From contig JASGJH010000001.1 of assembly GCA_047601445.1 (NCBI GenBank), forward strand, positions 8,928,001 through 8,992,000: DNA of 64,000 nucleotides, read 5' to 3'. The stretch comes from Myxococcales bacterium (lineage in GTDB: Bacteria; Myxococcota_A; Polyangia; Polyangiales; DASUME01). Positions within the stretch are counted from its first letter, which is position 1. Each line of letters starts with the position of its first letter. A model generated the notes under the pieces. The model searched no databases. It had not been told where the DNA came from and worked only from the letters and a program-made list of their open reading frames with translations. Shown here piece after piece: positions 39,615 to 49,088 of the stretch. The translations under genes and the position numbers were made by a program.

Positions 39615-40622
39615 GTGCTTGCCAACAAGGCCGTTCTCGTCACTGGTGGTACTGGATCGTTCGGCAAGGCGTTCGTGCGGACGTTGCTGACGCGCTTTCC
39701 CGACATCAAGCGCCTGGTCGTCTACTCACGGGACGAGCTCAAGCAGTTCGAGATGGCGCAAGTGTTCCCGGAGCGCGAGCACAAGTGCATCCGCTACTTC
39801 ATCGGCGACATCCGCGATCCGCAGCGACTCCGGCGTGCCCTCGAGGGCATCGACATCGTGATCCACGCCGCGGCGCTCAAGCAGGTGCCGGCCGCGGAAT
39901 ACAATCCCTTCGAGTGCATCAAGACCAACGTGCTCGGCGCCCAGAACCTGATTGAAGGGTGCCTGGATAGCGGCGTCAGCCGCGTGGTCGCGCTCTCCAC
40001 CGACAAGGCCGCCGCTCCGATCAACCTGTATGGAGCGACCAAGCTCTGCTCGGACAAGCTGTTCGTCGCGGCCAACAACATCCGCGGTAGCCGCGACTTG
40101 CGTTTCAGCGTCGTGCGCTACGGCAACGTGCTCGGGAGCCGCGGCTCCGTGCTGCCGTTCTTCACCGAGCGTCGCCCGAGCGGCGTCCTGCCCATCACCG
40201 ATCCGGCGATGACCCGCTTCAACATCAGCCTGCAAGAAGGCGTGAACATGGTGCTCTGGGCGCTCGAAAACGCCTGGGGTGGTGAGATCTTCGTGCCGAA
40301 GATTCCCTCCTATCGGATCACCGACATGGCCGCTGCCATCGCGCCCGAGTGCGAGCAGAAGATCGTGGGCATCCGACCCGGCGAGAAGATTCACGAGGAG
40401 ATGATCACGGCGAGTGACAGCCTCAATACGGTGGATCTAGGCGCCTACTACGCCATCTTGCCCGCCGGTGGTGGGTACACGTTGCCGGAGTACGCGAAGC
40501 GCAGCGGCGCAGTCCCCGTGCCGTCGGGGTTTTGCTACAACAGCGGGACCAACCCGCATTTCCTCACCGTGGAAGAGCTGCGCGTGCTCATCAAGCAGCA
40601 GGCCGCGGTTGCGGTCTCCTGA
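39615..40622 (+). CDS. pseB: UDP-GlcNAc 4,6-dehydratase (inverting)
   Basis: TGGTGSFG, SRDELKQ, HAAALKQVPAAEYNP, LSTDKA, YGATKL, YGNVLGSRGSV and RPGEKIHE. Confidence 0.96.
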   Translation: MLANKAVLVTGGTGSFGKAFVRTLLTRFPDIKRLVVYSRDELKQFEMAQVFPEREHKCIRYFIGDIRDPQRLRRALEGIDIVIHAAALKQVPAAEYNPFECIKTNVLGAQNLIEGCLDSGVSRVVALSTDKAAAPINLYGATKLCSDKLFVAANNIRGSRDLRFSVVRYGNVLGSRGSVLPFFTERRPSGVLPITDPAMTRFNISLQEGVNMVLWALENAWGGEIFVPKIPSYRITDMAAAIAPECEQKIVGIRPGEKIHEEMITASDSLNTVDLGAYYAILPAGGGYTLPEYAKRSGAVPVPSGFCYNSGTNPHFLTVEELRVLIKQQAAVAVS

Positions 40623-40653
40623 ACTCGCAGCACTCCCTGGGGCGTTGCCAGCC

Positions 40654-41727
40654 GTGAAAGGTTCTCCCCGTCGCTACTGGTTGATGGACGGCGCACGCGG
40701 TCTCGCGGCGTTGTCGATTCTCGTCTATCACCTGTGCCACTGGGTCGATCTCCACCCTGCGCTCGTTCTCGACGTCGTGCTGCGCAAGCTGGGCGTCTAT
40801 GCGGTCGAGTTCTTCTACGTGATCAGCGGGATCTCGATGGGCATCGCGTACCCACGGTTGGCGCTGCGCTTCGAGGATTTTCGCGTCTTTCTCATCCGTC
40901 GCTGGTTTCGCATCGCGCCCCTCTATCTCGCCTGCTCCCTGGCGGTCATCGCGAGCGCCTTCGTGCTGCCCGAGCTGCGGGCCACGGCCTGGGCGCCCTG
41001 GCCGGCGCTCGCCAACGCGTCCTTGCTCTTCGGCCTCATCAATCCCGCCCTCTCGACCATCAATGGCGGCTGGTCCATCGGGGTGGAATTCGTCTTCTAT
41101 CTCGCGTTTCCCGTGCTGCTCTACGCCGTTCGTCGGTTTGGCACGGCAGCCGTCTTGCTCTCGATGCTGCCCGCTGCGGTTCACGCGTTCTCGCTGGATC
41201 CGGGGCATCCGCTGGCATCGCAATGGTCGAACTACGTGGCGGTCTCCAACCACGTTTGCTTCTTTGCGGCGGGAATCTGGATCTCGGGTTCCGGCTCGGT
41301 CGGCCCGGCGCGCGCCGCGTTGGTTGGCCTCGTCGGATGCGCCGCCTTCCTTGGTCTGCAGCCTCTTACCCTCACCGACAACATCGCGTACGTCACGGGC
41401 GGCGCACGCTTGGTGCTGAGCCTCGCCACCTGCTTCGTGGCCTACAGCCTGTTTCAGCTGGAACCGCGGCGCTGGTCGCCATGGGCCGAGCGATGCGCGA
41501 GGTTCCTGGGGGAGTCGAGCTACTCGCTGTACTTGTGCCACTTTTTCGTCTTCAGCGTGGTGCGGCGCGTAGTTCCTGCCTCTGGCGTGGTCATCGCGCT
41601 CACCGTCGTGCTGAGCCTCGTCGTTTCCCGACTTCTCTTCCCGCTCGAGCGCTGGTGCATCGACCTGGGGCGCCGCGTCTCGCAGCGCACCCGCTACGCC
41701 GTTGACTCGGCCAAATCGTTGTCATAA
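40654..41727 (+). CDS. Membrane acyltransferase, family 3 (OafA-like)
   Basis: DGARGLAALSILVYH, VEFFYVISG, RRWFRIAPLY, WSIGVEFVFY and GESSYSLYLCH. Start is approximate. Confidence 0.9.
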   Translation: MKGSPRRYWLMDGARGLAALSILVYHLCHWVDLHPALVLDVVLRKLGVYAVEFFYVISGISMGIAYPRLALRFEDFRVFLIRRWFRIAPLYLACSLAVIASAFVLPELRATAWAPWPALANASLLFGLINPALSTINGGWSIGVEFVFYLAFPVLLYAVRRFGTAAVLLSMLPAAVHAFSLDPGHPLASQWSNYVAVSNHVCFFAAGIWISGSGSVGPARAALVGLVGCAAFLGLQPLTLTDNIAYVTGGARLVLSLATCFVAYSLFQLEPRRWSPWAERCARFLGESSYSLYLCHFFVFSVVRRVVPASGVVIALTVVLSLVVSRLLFPLERWCIDLGRRVSQRTRYAVDSAKSLS

Positions 41728-41736
41728 GGGCGAATC

Positions 41737-42654
41737 ATGGACCTGAAGAAGGAACTGCTGAACCTCGGGTGTGACGCGGTCGGGCTGCGTCCCAAGGGGG
41801 CCTCCGACGCCCGCCTCCATGCCGATCTGGAGCGCGACGGGTTCGTCGTGTTTCGTGGGGTGTTTTCGCCCGCCGAGATCGCGGACCTGCGACGACGGTT
41901 CGCGGAAGCCTCGTCGCGCGCGGAGCGCGAGGGGCAGCTTGCGCGTTCGTCCAGCTTGCCCGTGCGGTACCTCAAGTTCGACGCGCTGTCGTGCCGCGAA
42001 CTGCGCGAGGTCGACTACCTCGTCTTGGACGAGCGCGTGCTGCGATGCGTGCGCAGCCTGCTCGGCGATGACGTGGCTTACTTCTCCGACAGCTCGATCC
42101 AAATCGGAACTGGCGTGCGGGGCTTCCACAAGGACTGCGCCCACCGTGAAGACCGCAACGGATCCGACTGGCAGACCAGCTACGACGTGATTCGCATGGG
42201 ACTCTACCTGCAGGAGCACGAGCAAAGCAGCGGGGGGCTCAAGCTAAAGCCCGGATCCCATCGCTTCGTGAGTTCGCTGTGGGGACGCTCCATCAACGTC
42301 GACACCCGTGCGGGCGACCTGGTGTTTTGGAAGCTGACCACCTCGCACAGTGGCAACGCCGTGCGGCTGCGAGCCTTTCCCAAGGCCTCGCTACATCCAC
42401 GCATCGAGTCCATGGTGCCCGCGACGTTGCGTGTGCCCGAGCCCGAGGAGCGGATGGCCCTCTTCTGTTCCTTCGGCAAGCCCGGCGTCCACCTGGACAC
42501 CTACGTGAACTATCTCGCGGGCCGCGAGGATTTTTGCGAGTACTTCCGCAATTCCTACCATCCGCAGACCGCGCTGAGTCTGGCCCGCGCCCGCGGCCTC
42601 GAGCTGCGTGTGCCGTGCGCCGAGTTCGCCTCCCGCGTGGGGAGCGCGGCCTAG
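41737..42654 (+). CDS. Phytanoyl-CoA dioxygenase (PhyH)-family Fe(II)/2-oxoglutarate oxygenase
   Basis: DGFVVFRGVF, GFHKD (HxD), GGLKLKPGSH, AGDLVF and HSGN (distal His). Confidence 0.8.
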   Translation: MDLKKELLNLGCDAVGLRPKGASDARLHADLERDGFVVFRGVFSPAEIADLRRRFAEASSRAEREGQLARSSSLPVRYLKFDALSCRELREVDYLVLDERVLRCVRSLLGDDVAYFSDSSIQIGTGVRGFHKDCAHREDRNGSDWQTSYDVIRMGLYLQEHEQSSGGLKLKPGSHRFVSSLWGRSINVDTRAGDLVFWKLTTSHSGNAVRLRAFPKASLHPRIESMVPATLRVPEPEERMALFCSFGKPGVHLDTYVNYLAGREDFCEYFRNSYHPQTALSLARARGLELRVPCAEFASRVGSAA

Positions 42655-42717
42655 CCCGAAGCGCTGCCGTCGCGGACCTGGCTCTGCGCGCGCGGGCGTG
42701 AGCGAAAGGTTGAGCCC

Positions 42718-43764
42718 ATGATTCCCGTACTCATCCGTTTGGACGCCAACAGCTCGATTGGCCTCGGGCATTTGGGGCGTTGTCTTGCGTTGTCTCGGGC
42801 GCTGCGTCGCGGCGGCGCGCAGGTGACGTTCGGCTTGTCGCCGTTCTCTTCTCGCGACGCCTTCGAACGCTTGCGTGGAGCCAACGAGGCCGTCGTCAGC
42901 GTGCCTTGCGCCGAGGCGGGTGGGGCGCTCGATGCGCAGGCCACCCGAGAGATCGCACGGGACCTCGGCGCGCGCGCGCTGATACTGGATGGCTATCATT
43001 TGCGCTCGCAAGTGTTGCCGGCAGTGCGACAGCCTGGGGTGCGGCTCGCCTACGTCGACGACGTCTTGAGCGGTGCCTTCGACGTCGACGTCTTCATCAA
43101 TCCCAGCCTGCATGGCGATCACTGTCAGGTCAGCTTGCCGACCGGGGCGACCGCCCTGCTCGGCGCCGCCTATTCGTTGATCCGTGCGCCGTTCCTGGAG
43201 GCCAGGAGCCAGCGGGCGAAACGCGAGCCCGGAGCGAATCTGCGCGTCCTCGTGAGCATGGGCGGTACCGATCCGGGCGGCATCTCGCTCGCCGTGCTGC
43301 GAGCCTTCAGCGGGCTGGCCGAACCATGGCGCAAGCGCTGCGATGTCAGCGTGCTCTTGTCCCCGAACTTTCATGGTTGGGAGGAGGCGCGTCACCTGGT
43401 CTCCCTGTCTGACGTCCGCGTCGCTCTGCAGACCACCGTGCCGGAGCTTGCGCCCCTGCTGGTCGACGTCGACTTGGCGGTCGTATCCGCCAGCACGACC
43501 TTGGCGGAGCTCTCGACGGTCGGGGTACCGGCCATCGCCATGGCCACCGTGGACAATCAGGTGCCCGTGGCCGAGGCGGCGACGCGGCTCGGCGTGGCCC
43601 GAGTGGTCGCATGCGACGCCGAGCAGATCACGGATGCTATGACTCATCTGGTGAAGGATGGTCCGGGCCGAGAGCGCATGGCCATTCGGCAGCGTGAGGT
43701 GGTGGACGGTCTCGGCGCCTCGCGAATCGCGGACGCCATCCTTCGAGGCCTGGAGAACACATGA
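42718..43764 (+). CDS. pseG: UDP-2,4-diacetamido-2,4,6-trideoxy-beta-L-altropyranose hydrolase (PseG/SpsG)
   Basis: RLDANSSIGLGHLGRCLAL, LDGY, VSMGGTD and VDNQ. Confidence 0.88.
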   Translation: MIPVLIRLDANSSIGLGHLGRCLALSRALRRGGAQVTFGLSPFSSRDAFERLRGANEAVVSVPCAEAGGALDAQATREIARDLGARALILDGYHLRSQVLPAVRQPGVRLAYVDDVLSGAFDVDVFINPSLHGDHCQVSLPTGATALLGAAYSLIRAPFLEARSQRAKREPGANLRVLVSMGGTDPGGISLAVLRAFSGLAEPWRKRCDVSVLLSPNFHGWEEARHLVSLSDVRVALQTTVPELAPLLVDVDLAVVSASTTLAELSTVGVPAIAMATVDNQVPVAEAATRLGVARVVACDAEQITDAMTHLVKDGPGRERMAIRQREVVDGLGASRIADAILRGLENT

Positions 43765-44516
43765 AGGTCGTTGCCATCGTACAGGCTCGTTTGGGGTCCA
43801 CGCGTCTGCCTGCGAAGGTGTTGCTCGACCTCCAGGGCAAGACGGCCCTCGAGCGCTGTTTGTCGCGCGTCGCCAGGGTCCAAGGGGTCGACGAAGTCGT
43901 GGTGGCCACCACGGACACGCCCGTGGACGACGTCCTCGTGCGAGTCTGCGAACGCCTTGGGTTTCGGGTGACCCGGGGCAGCCAAGACGACGTGCTCTCA
44001 CGCTACCAGGTGGCCGCTCAAGCGTCTGGCGCGGACGTGATCATGCGGTGTACGTCGGACTGCCCATTGCTCGACCCGGGCGAGAGCGGCGCGGTGCTCG
44101 CCCAATTTCTGGCCCGATTCTCTCAAGGCAGCGTGGACTACGCATCCAATGTCCTGGAGCGGCGGGTGCCGCGTGGGCTCGACACCGAGGTCGTTTCCAG
44201 GGATGCCCTGGAAAGGGCACATCGCGAAGCGACCGATCCGGCGCTGCGTGAACACGTGACCCTGCCCATCGTGCGCCGCCCCGACGTGTTCCGCTGTTTG
44301 TCCACGGAGCCTCGACATCCGACGCTGCGGGGGGCCGATCAGTCGCACCAGCGTTGGACCCTGGACACCCTCGAGGACTACCACTTCTTGGCCAGTGTCT
44401 ACGATCTGCTGGGAGACCGCGCGGCGGACGCCGACGTTCGCGACGTGCTCGACATCCTGGAAGCACATCCCACCCTGACGCAGATCAACGCGGGCATTGC
44501 CCAGAAAGTCGTGTGA
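43761..44516 (+). CDS. SpsF-type cytidylyltransferase (likely PseF role)
   Basis: IVQARLGSTRLPAKV, RGSQDDVLSRY, TSDCPLLDP, PRGLDTE, REHVT and RWTLDTLEDY. Confidence 0.88.
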   Translation: MKVVAIVQARLGSTRLPAKVLLDLQGKTALERCLSRVARVQGVDEVVVATTDTPVDDVLVRVCERLGFRVTRGSQDDVLSRYQVAAQASGADVIMRCTSDCPLLDPGESGAVLAQFLARFSQGSVDYASNVLERRVPRGLDTEVVSRDALERAHREATDPALREHVTLPIVRRPDVFRCLSTEPRHPTLRGADQSHQRWTLDTLEDYHFLASVYDLLGDRAADADVRDVLDILEAHPTLTQINAGIAQKVV

Positions 44517-45451
44517 TGCAGCCGCTGTTCCTGGCTCGCTATGGCTTGAAGGCACTCGCGCATGCTGCCTTCGACCCGGTCAAGGCCCTGCGCGGCAGCG
44601 TGCAGGCCGGAGGTTGCGTGGTGATGGGCAACGGTCCCTCATTGGCCACCGACCTGCAGGTTCAGGGCGACGCTATCTCGCGGTGTGCCAAGGTTTGCGT
44701 GAACAACTTCGCGCGCAGCGAGTGGTTCGAGAAGCTGCGTCCGGAATACTACGTGCTGGCGGACACCAACTACTTCTCGCCCAAGGTCCAGCGCATCATG
44801 GCGGACATCGCGGCCGGACGAACGGAGGCCTATCCGGCCCGCGCGATCGACTACTACAGCTACGTAAGGGAGATCAACGAGAGCACCTTCACGAGCTTGA
44901 TCGACAAGACCGCGTGGCCCCTTGCGCTGTTTCTCCCTCTACAAGGTCTGCTCAACGCCGATCTCAGCTGGATCCCCAAGAAGAACCCCAATATCCGGAT
45001 CGTGCCCTACAGCATGACGCCGGTCTCGAACGGACCCGACTGGCTACGCCACGCACTTTACGAGCGAAGCCTGGCCATGCCACGCGCCGAGACCGTGCTG
45101 GTGCCCGCCATCTTCCTGGCCCTGCACCTCGGCCACAAGCCGATCTACGTGCTCGGGGCCGATCACTCGTGGCACGAGAACATCATCGTCGGCGCCGACA
45201 ATGTCCTCAGCATCCGGGACCCGCACTTTTACGATGGCGAGAGTGAGCCGCGGACCTTTCCTTGCGTGAAAGATCACGTGACGGGTCAGACTTACCGCTT
45301 GTCGGAGCAGTGGCGCTCGCTGGCGAACGCGTTCGAGAGTCACGAGGCGCTCGACGCCTATGCACGCTCACAAGGCGCCCGCGTGTACAACGCGTGCGCG
45401 CGCTCGTTCTTGGACATGTACGAGCGGGCCAAGGTCGGCGAGCGCGGGTGA
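44516..45451 (+). CDS. DUF115/Maf/GT42-like protein, candidate nonulosonate transferase
   Basis: VMGNGPSL, CVNNF, PEYYVLAD, LGHKPIYVLGADHSW, HFY and VYNA. ATG at 44516 overlaps the previous stop (TGATG). Confidence 0.72.
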   Translation: MQPLFLARYGLKALAHAAFDPVKALRGSVQAGGCVVMGNGPSLATDLQVQGDAISRCAKVCVNNFARSEWFEKLRPEYYVLADTNYFSPKVQRIMADIAAGRTEAYPARAIDYYSYVREINESTFTSLIDKTAWPLALFLPLQGLLNADLSWIPKKNPNIRIVPYSMTPVSNGPDWLRHALYERSLAMPRAETVLVPAIFLALHLGHKPIYVLGADHSWHENIIVGADNVLSIRDPHFYDGESEPRTFPCVKDHVTGQTYRLSEQWRSLANAFESHEALDAYARSQGARVYNACARSFLDMYERAKVGERG

Positions 45452-45465
45452 ACCCAGCCGGCCGG

Positions 45466-46740
45466 TTATTCGGCCGGTACGGGAGGTTTGACCGCGCTGG
45501 GGAACGCGCTTGCTCGCATGGCGACGATGCCCAGCCCGGCGATGAGCGCGAAACCGCACGATGTCGCGATCAGGCAGCAAACGGCCACGTCGCGTGCCGA
45601 GCCGTGGCGCGTGATGAGCAACGACATCATCAACAGACAAGGAATGAGCAGGGACACGAACCCGCGGGCGCGATTCATGCCGATCAACACGAAGCCGATG
45701 GCCGACTGCAGGATCAGCAAAGCCGTCGAGAGCCACACGATCTGCAGCGTCTCGGCGCCATCGACGAACTGGTTTCCGAAGACCAGGCTCAGGGTGAGCT
45801 TGCCGAAGAAGATGGGGATGATGCAGGAGGCGCCGAGCAGGCCGGCCAGCAGCAAGAGACCGCGTCGCACGATGGATGCCGAGGACTGGCCCGCGCCCGT
45901 GAGAGCGGACACGCGCGAGAAGAGCACCTGGTAGATGGGAATGGCGATCAAGTAGAGCATGCGGCTCAGGGCGTTTACCGCGCCGTACAAGCCCGCATCG
46001 TGAGGCGAGAGGTAGTGCTTGGCGGTCAGCACGTCGGCGTTCAGGCAGAAGGAGAAATAGAAGCAGGCCACCGCCAGCGAGAGCTCTTGCGTATTCTCGG
46101 GCGGACTCGCGGGCGGCGCATTCGGGTCCGGATGGGGAAGGTCTCGCAGCAACCACTCAGCGTAGACCAAGGCCGCGAGACTGCCGGCCGCATAGCCCGC
46201 CACGGCCCCCGAAGGCCCAAGTCCCAACGCGACGAACAGCAGTCCCATCCCCAAACGCACCACGGCATCGGCCACTTGAACGCGTCCGAAGTCGCCGAAG
46301 CGCTGATCACCCTGCAGGATGGCTCTCGGCACCACCCCGACGAAGACGAGCAGCAGGTACCCTGTGAGCGCAAGTAGGGTGATGTTCTCGAGATGAAACC
46401 AAATCTTGATCAGCCAGGCCGCGAGCAGCCACACGAGGCTGCCCACCAGGGACAAGCGCACGGTCGTCTTCATGGCCCTCGAGTGAAGGCCTCGCAGCGA
46501 GGTCCGGTCCTGATTGCCGTGGGCGGTGGCAGCGAGTTTGGTGACGGCCGTCTCGATGGGGTCGATGGCCAGTGTCACCAAATACGAGATCGAGAGCGCT
46601 GCGGCGACTTCGCCGTAGCCGCTCGGCGTCAGGAGGCGCGCGTACACCGAGGAGTACACGAGCGCGAACACAGCGGAGATTCCGCTTGCCGCGATCATAC
46701 GAGCCGAGTCCGAGATCAGTGTATCGGCTTTGGAAGCCAT
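45466..46740 (-). CDS. Wzx-like oligosaccharide flippase (paralogue of 38023-39327)
   Basis: About 12 TM segments; RLLTPSGYG and NADVLTAKHYL...AGLYGA. ATG at 46740 chosen. Confidence 0.85.
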   Translation of the reverse strand: MASKADTLISDSARMIAASGISAVFALVYSSVYARLLTPSGYGEVAAALSISYLVTLAIDPIETAVTKLAATAHGNQDRTSLRGLHSRAMKTTVRLSLVGSLVWLLAAWLIKIWFHLENITLLALTGYLLLVFVGVVPRAILQGDQRFGDFGRVQVADAVVRLGMGLLFVALGLGPSGAVAGYAAGSLAALVYAEWLLRDLPHPDPNAPPASPPENTQELSLAVACFYFSFCLNADVLTAKHYLSPHDAGLYGAVNALSRMLYLIAIPIYQVLFSRVSALTGAGQSSASIVRRGLLLLAGLLGASCIIPIFFGKLTLSLVFGNQFVDGAETLQIVWLSTALLILQSAIGFVLIGMNRARGFVSLLIPCLLMMSLLITRHGSARDVAVCCLIATSCGFALIAGLGIVAMRASAFPSAVKPPVPAE

Positions 46741-46997
46741 GGCCGAGTCCTGCCACACACTCGCCCATACGACGCGGATAGTCGATAGCCTTGTTGCCAT
46801 AGGAGCGGGAAGCGCATGTGGGTGATTCTGCGGTCCCCTGCCCCTGCCCCGGAAAGGCGCGGACTAAGGCTGGTTTTTGCGGTCACAGATCCTAGTGGCC
46901 GCGACAATTCAAATCCTTCGCGTCATCTTGACCCTGATCCCTCCCCCTGTTAGATGGGCGGAGCGTCGGGGTACACAAACGGGGCAGAGTGTGACGC

Positions 46998-48050
46998 ATG
47001 GCTGAAGGACCCCGCACGCCGCCTTCCAGGAAGCAGCGGTCGTTGCGTAGCGAACTAAACAATTTGTTGCGCGGTGCGGTGCGGCGGGTCAGCGGGGAAC
47101 GGCCAGGGCGCGAGGAATCAGCGCCGCCTTCGTCCCGGACGCAAAGTAGAGGTTCTGACGGTCGATCGGTGTCTGGCCGCATGCCTTTGCTCGATCTCTA
47201 TACGAGCGAGGACAACCGCGCCAGGGCGCTCGCCGTTCAGCACGCGTCTGGTCGAGCGTGGCGCCACGTAGGTGCCCGCGAGCCGGGCGTGTCCGTGATC
47301 ATTTTGAACCTGAACAAGCCGGAGCTCATCGTGCCGCTCCTCGACCGGCTGGAGCGAGACCGCCGCTCGTTCGAGGCACAGGGGCTGCGTCTCCAGGTTC
47401 TTGTGGGCGATACGGGTAGCACCGACGAACGAGTCCTGGCGCGCTATGCGTCGGTCGAGTCGGACACCTTCGTCCAGACGGATCTGCGCTATCAATTCTC
47501 ACGCTGCAACAACGCCATGGCCCGCCTGGCCGAGTGCGACACGTTGCTATTTCTCAACAATGACGTGATTTTCCCAGCTGACCGCAATCCGGTGCTCGAG
47601 ATGTATCGGGCGCTGCAAGGCGATGACAGGCGTGGCGTGGTGGGGTGCTGCCTCTACTTCGAGGATCTGCGCGTGCAGCACCTCGGCGTCGACTTCTTGC
47701 GCGAGCGCGAAGTGCGCGGTCTTTGTTATCACCCGCGCGCGCGCGAACAGGTGCAACCCGAGAGCCTTGCATCCGACTGGGGAGTGCCCGCCGTGACGGG
47801 CGCGTGTCTCATGGTACGGCACAACCTGTTCGCAGACGCAGGTCGGATGGACGAAGGGTACGCGTCTGAGTGCCAGGATATCGACCTGTGTCTCGCTGCG
47901 CATCGTCTCGGCTACGAGTCCCACATCGTCAATGCGGGAACGGTGTTGCATCTGGAGAACGCCACGCGCCCGAAGGGTGAGGAGAACTGGCCCGACCGCC
48001 AGCGCTTCCTGCGCCGCTGGGGGAGCTACATCGAGGCCAGCTTCCTATGA
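46998..48050 (+). CDS. Glycosyltransferase family 2
   Basis: GDTGSTD, FSRCNN, LFLNND, AVTGACLM, QDIDLCL and HLENATR. Confidence 0.9.
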   Translation: MAEGPRTPPSRKQRSLRSELNNLLRGAVRRVSGERPGREESAPPSSRTQSRGSDGRSVSGRMPLLDLYTSEDNRARALAVQHASGRAWRHVGAREPGVSVIILNLNKPELIVPLLDRLERDRRSFEAQGLRLQVLVGDTGSTDERVLARYASVESDTFVQTDLRYQFSRCNNAMARLAECDTLLFLNNDVIFPADRNPVLEMYRALQGDDRRGVVGCCLYFEDLRVQHLGVDFLREREVRGLCYHPRAREQVQPESLASDWGVPAVTGACLMVRHNLFADAGRMDEGYASECQDIDLCLAAHRLGYESHIVNAGTVLHLENATRPKGEENWPDRQRFLRRWGSYIEASFL

Positions 48051-49075
48051 AGACGGTGCTGTTCCTCACGCTCCGTATGAAGATGGGCTTCGGCGTGGAC
48101 GTCGTGGTCGGGCAGCTCAGTCGCCTGCTCATCCAACGAGGTCACCGCGTCGTGGTCGGGTGCATCGAGTCGGAACCTGGCTTCGAAGGGGTTCAGATCG
48201 AGCACGTGCGGGCCACGGAGAGCGACGTGGCGGCACTGGCGAGCCGGGTCGACGCGTCCGTCATCGTCGCGCACACGAGCCCTTTCTTCGAGCTGCTGCC
48301 TGGGCTCACCGATCGTTGGCCGTGCTGGGCCTGGGAGCATGGCGATCCCACACCGGCGCTGTTCGATGGCGACCGCGACGCGCGCGCCAAGGTCAAAGCG
48401 CTCAAGGCTCCGATCTACCCGCAGCTAGCGGGAGTGATCGCGATCTCCGAGTTCATCCGAGCCGACATCGGATTCGGTCCAGCCCACGTCATTTACAACG
48501 GTTGCGATCACGTACCCGACACGGCTGCGAAGGCACTGCAGGATCTGGCGGCTTCGTCGGACCGCCCGCTGCGGGTGGGTACCCTGTTGCGCATCGGCGC
48601 AGGCGAGGCCTTCTACAAGGGCAACACGCTCTTCCAGCGCTTTGCGGCGGAGCTCCAAGGTGTCGTCAGCAACGTGCGCGTGGTCGCCATGGGCCGGGGC
48701 AGCGAGGCCGATGCCAGGGCCTTCCGCGATCACGGCATCGAGGTGATCCTGAACGCGCCCGACGCTGAAAAGTGGGCCTACTTGCGGGAGCTCGACGTGT
48801 TCCTGTCGTTCAGCCTGTGGGAGGGCTTCAACCTGCCGTTGATTGAGGCGCAGGCATTGGGCACCGTGGGCCTCGCCTTCGACACGGGAGCTCATCCGGA
48901 GGTCACCCCGATGATCCTGCGGAACGTCGACGACGCGCTCAGCTTGGTGAAGGCGTATTCTCAGAATCGCGAGCTGCTGCTCCGACACTCTCGTCTTTGT
49001 CAGGACTTCGTACGCCGACAGTTCAGCTGGGAGCGCTGCGTGCAGGCCTTCGAAGAATTGGCGCTAGGGAGCTAG
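48047..49075 (+). CDS. Glycosyltransferase family 4
   Basis: FGVDVVV, IYNG, YKG and SLWEGFNLPLIEAQ. Confidence 0.9.
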   Translation: MKTVLFLTLRMKMGFGVDVVVGQLSRLLIQRGHRVVVGCIESEPGFEGVQIEHVRATESDVAALASRVDASVIVAHTSPFFELLPGLTDRWPCWAWEHGDPTPALFDGDRDARAKVKALKAPIYPQLAGVIAISEFIRADIGFGPAHVIYNGCDHVPDTAAKALQDLAASSDRPLRVGTLLRIGAGEAFYKGNTLFQRFAAELQGVVSNVRVVAMGRGSEADARAFRDHGIEVILNAPDAEKWAYLRELDVFLSFSLWEGFNLPLIEAQALGTVGLAFDTGAHPEVTPMILRNVDDALSLVKAYSQNRELLLRHSRLCQDFVRRQFSWERCVQAFEELALGS

Positions 49076-49088
49076 CGAACCCGAAGCG

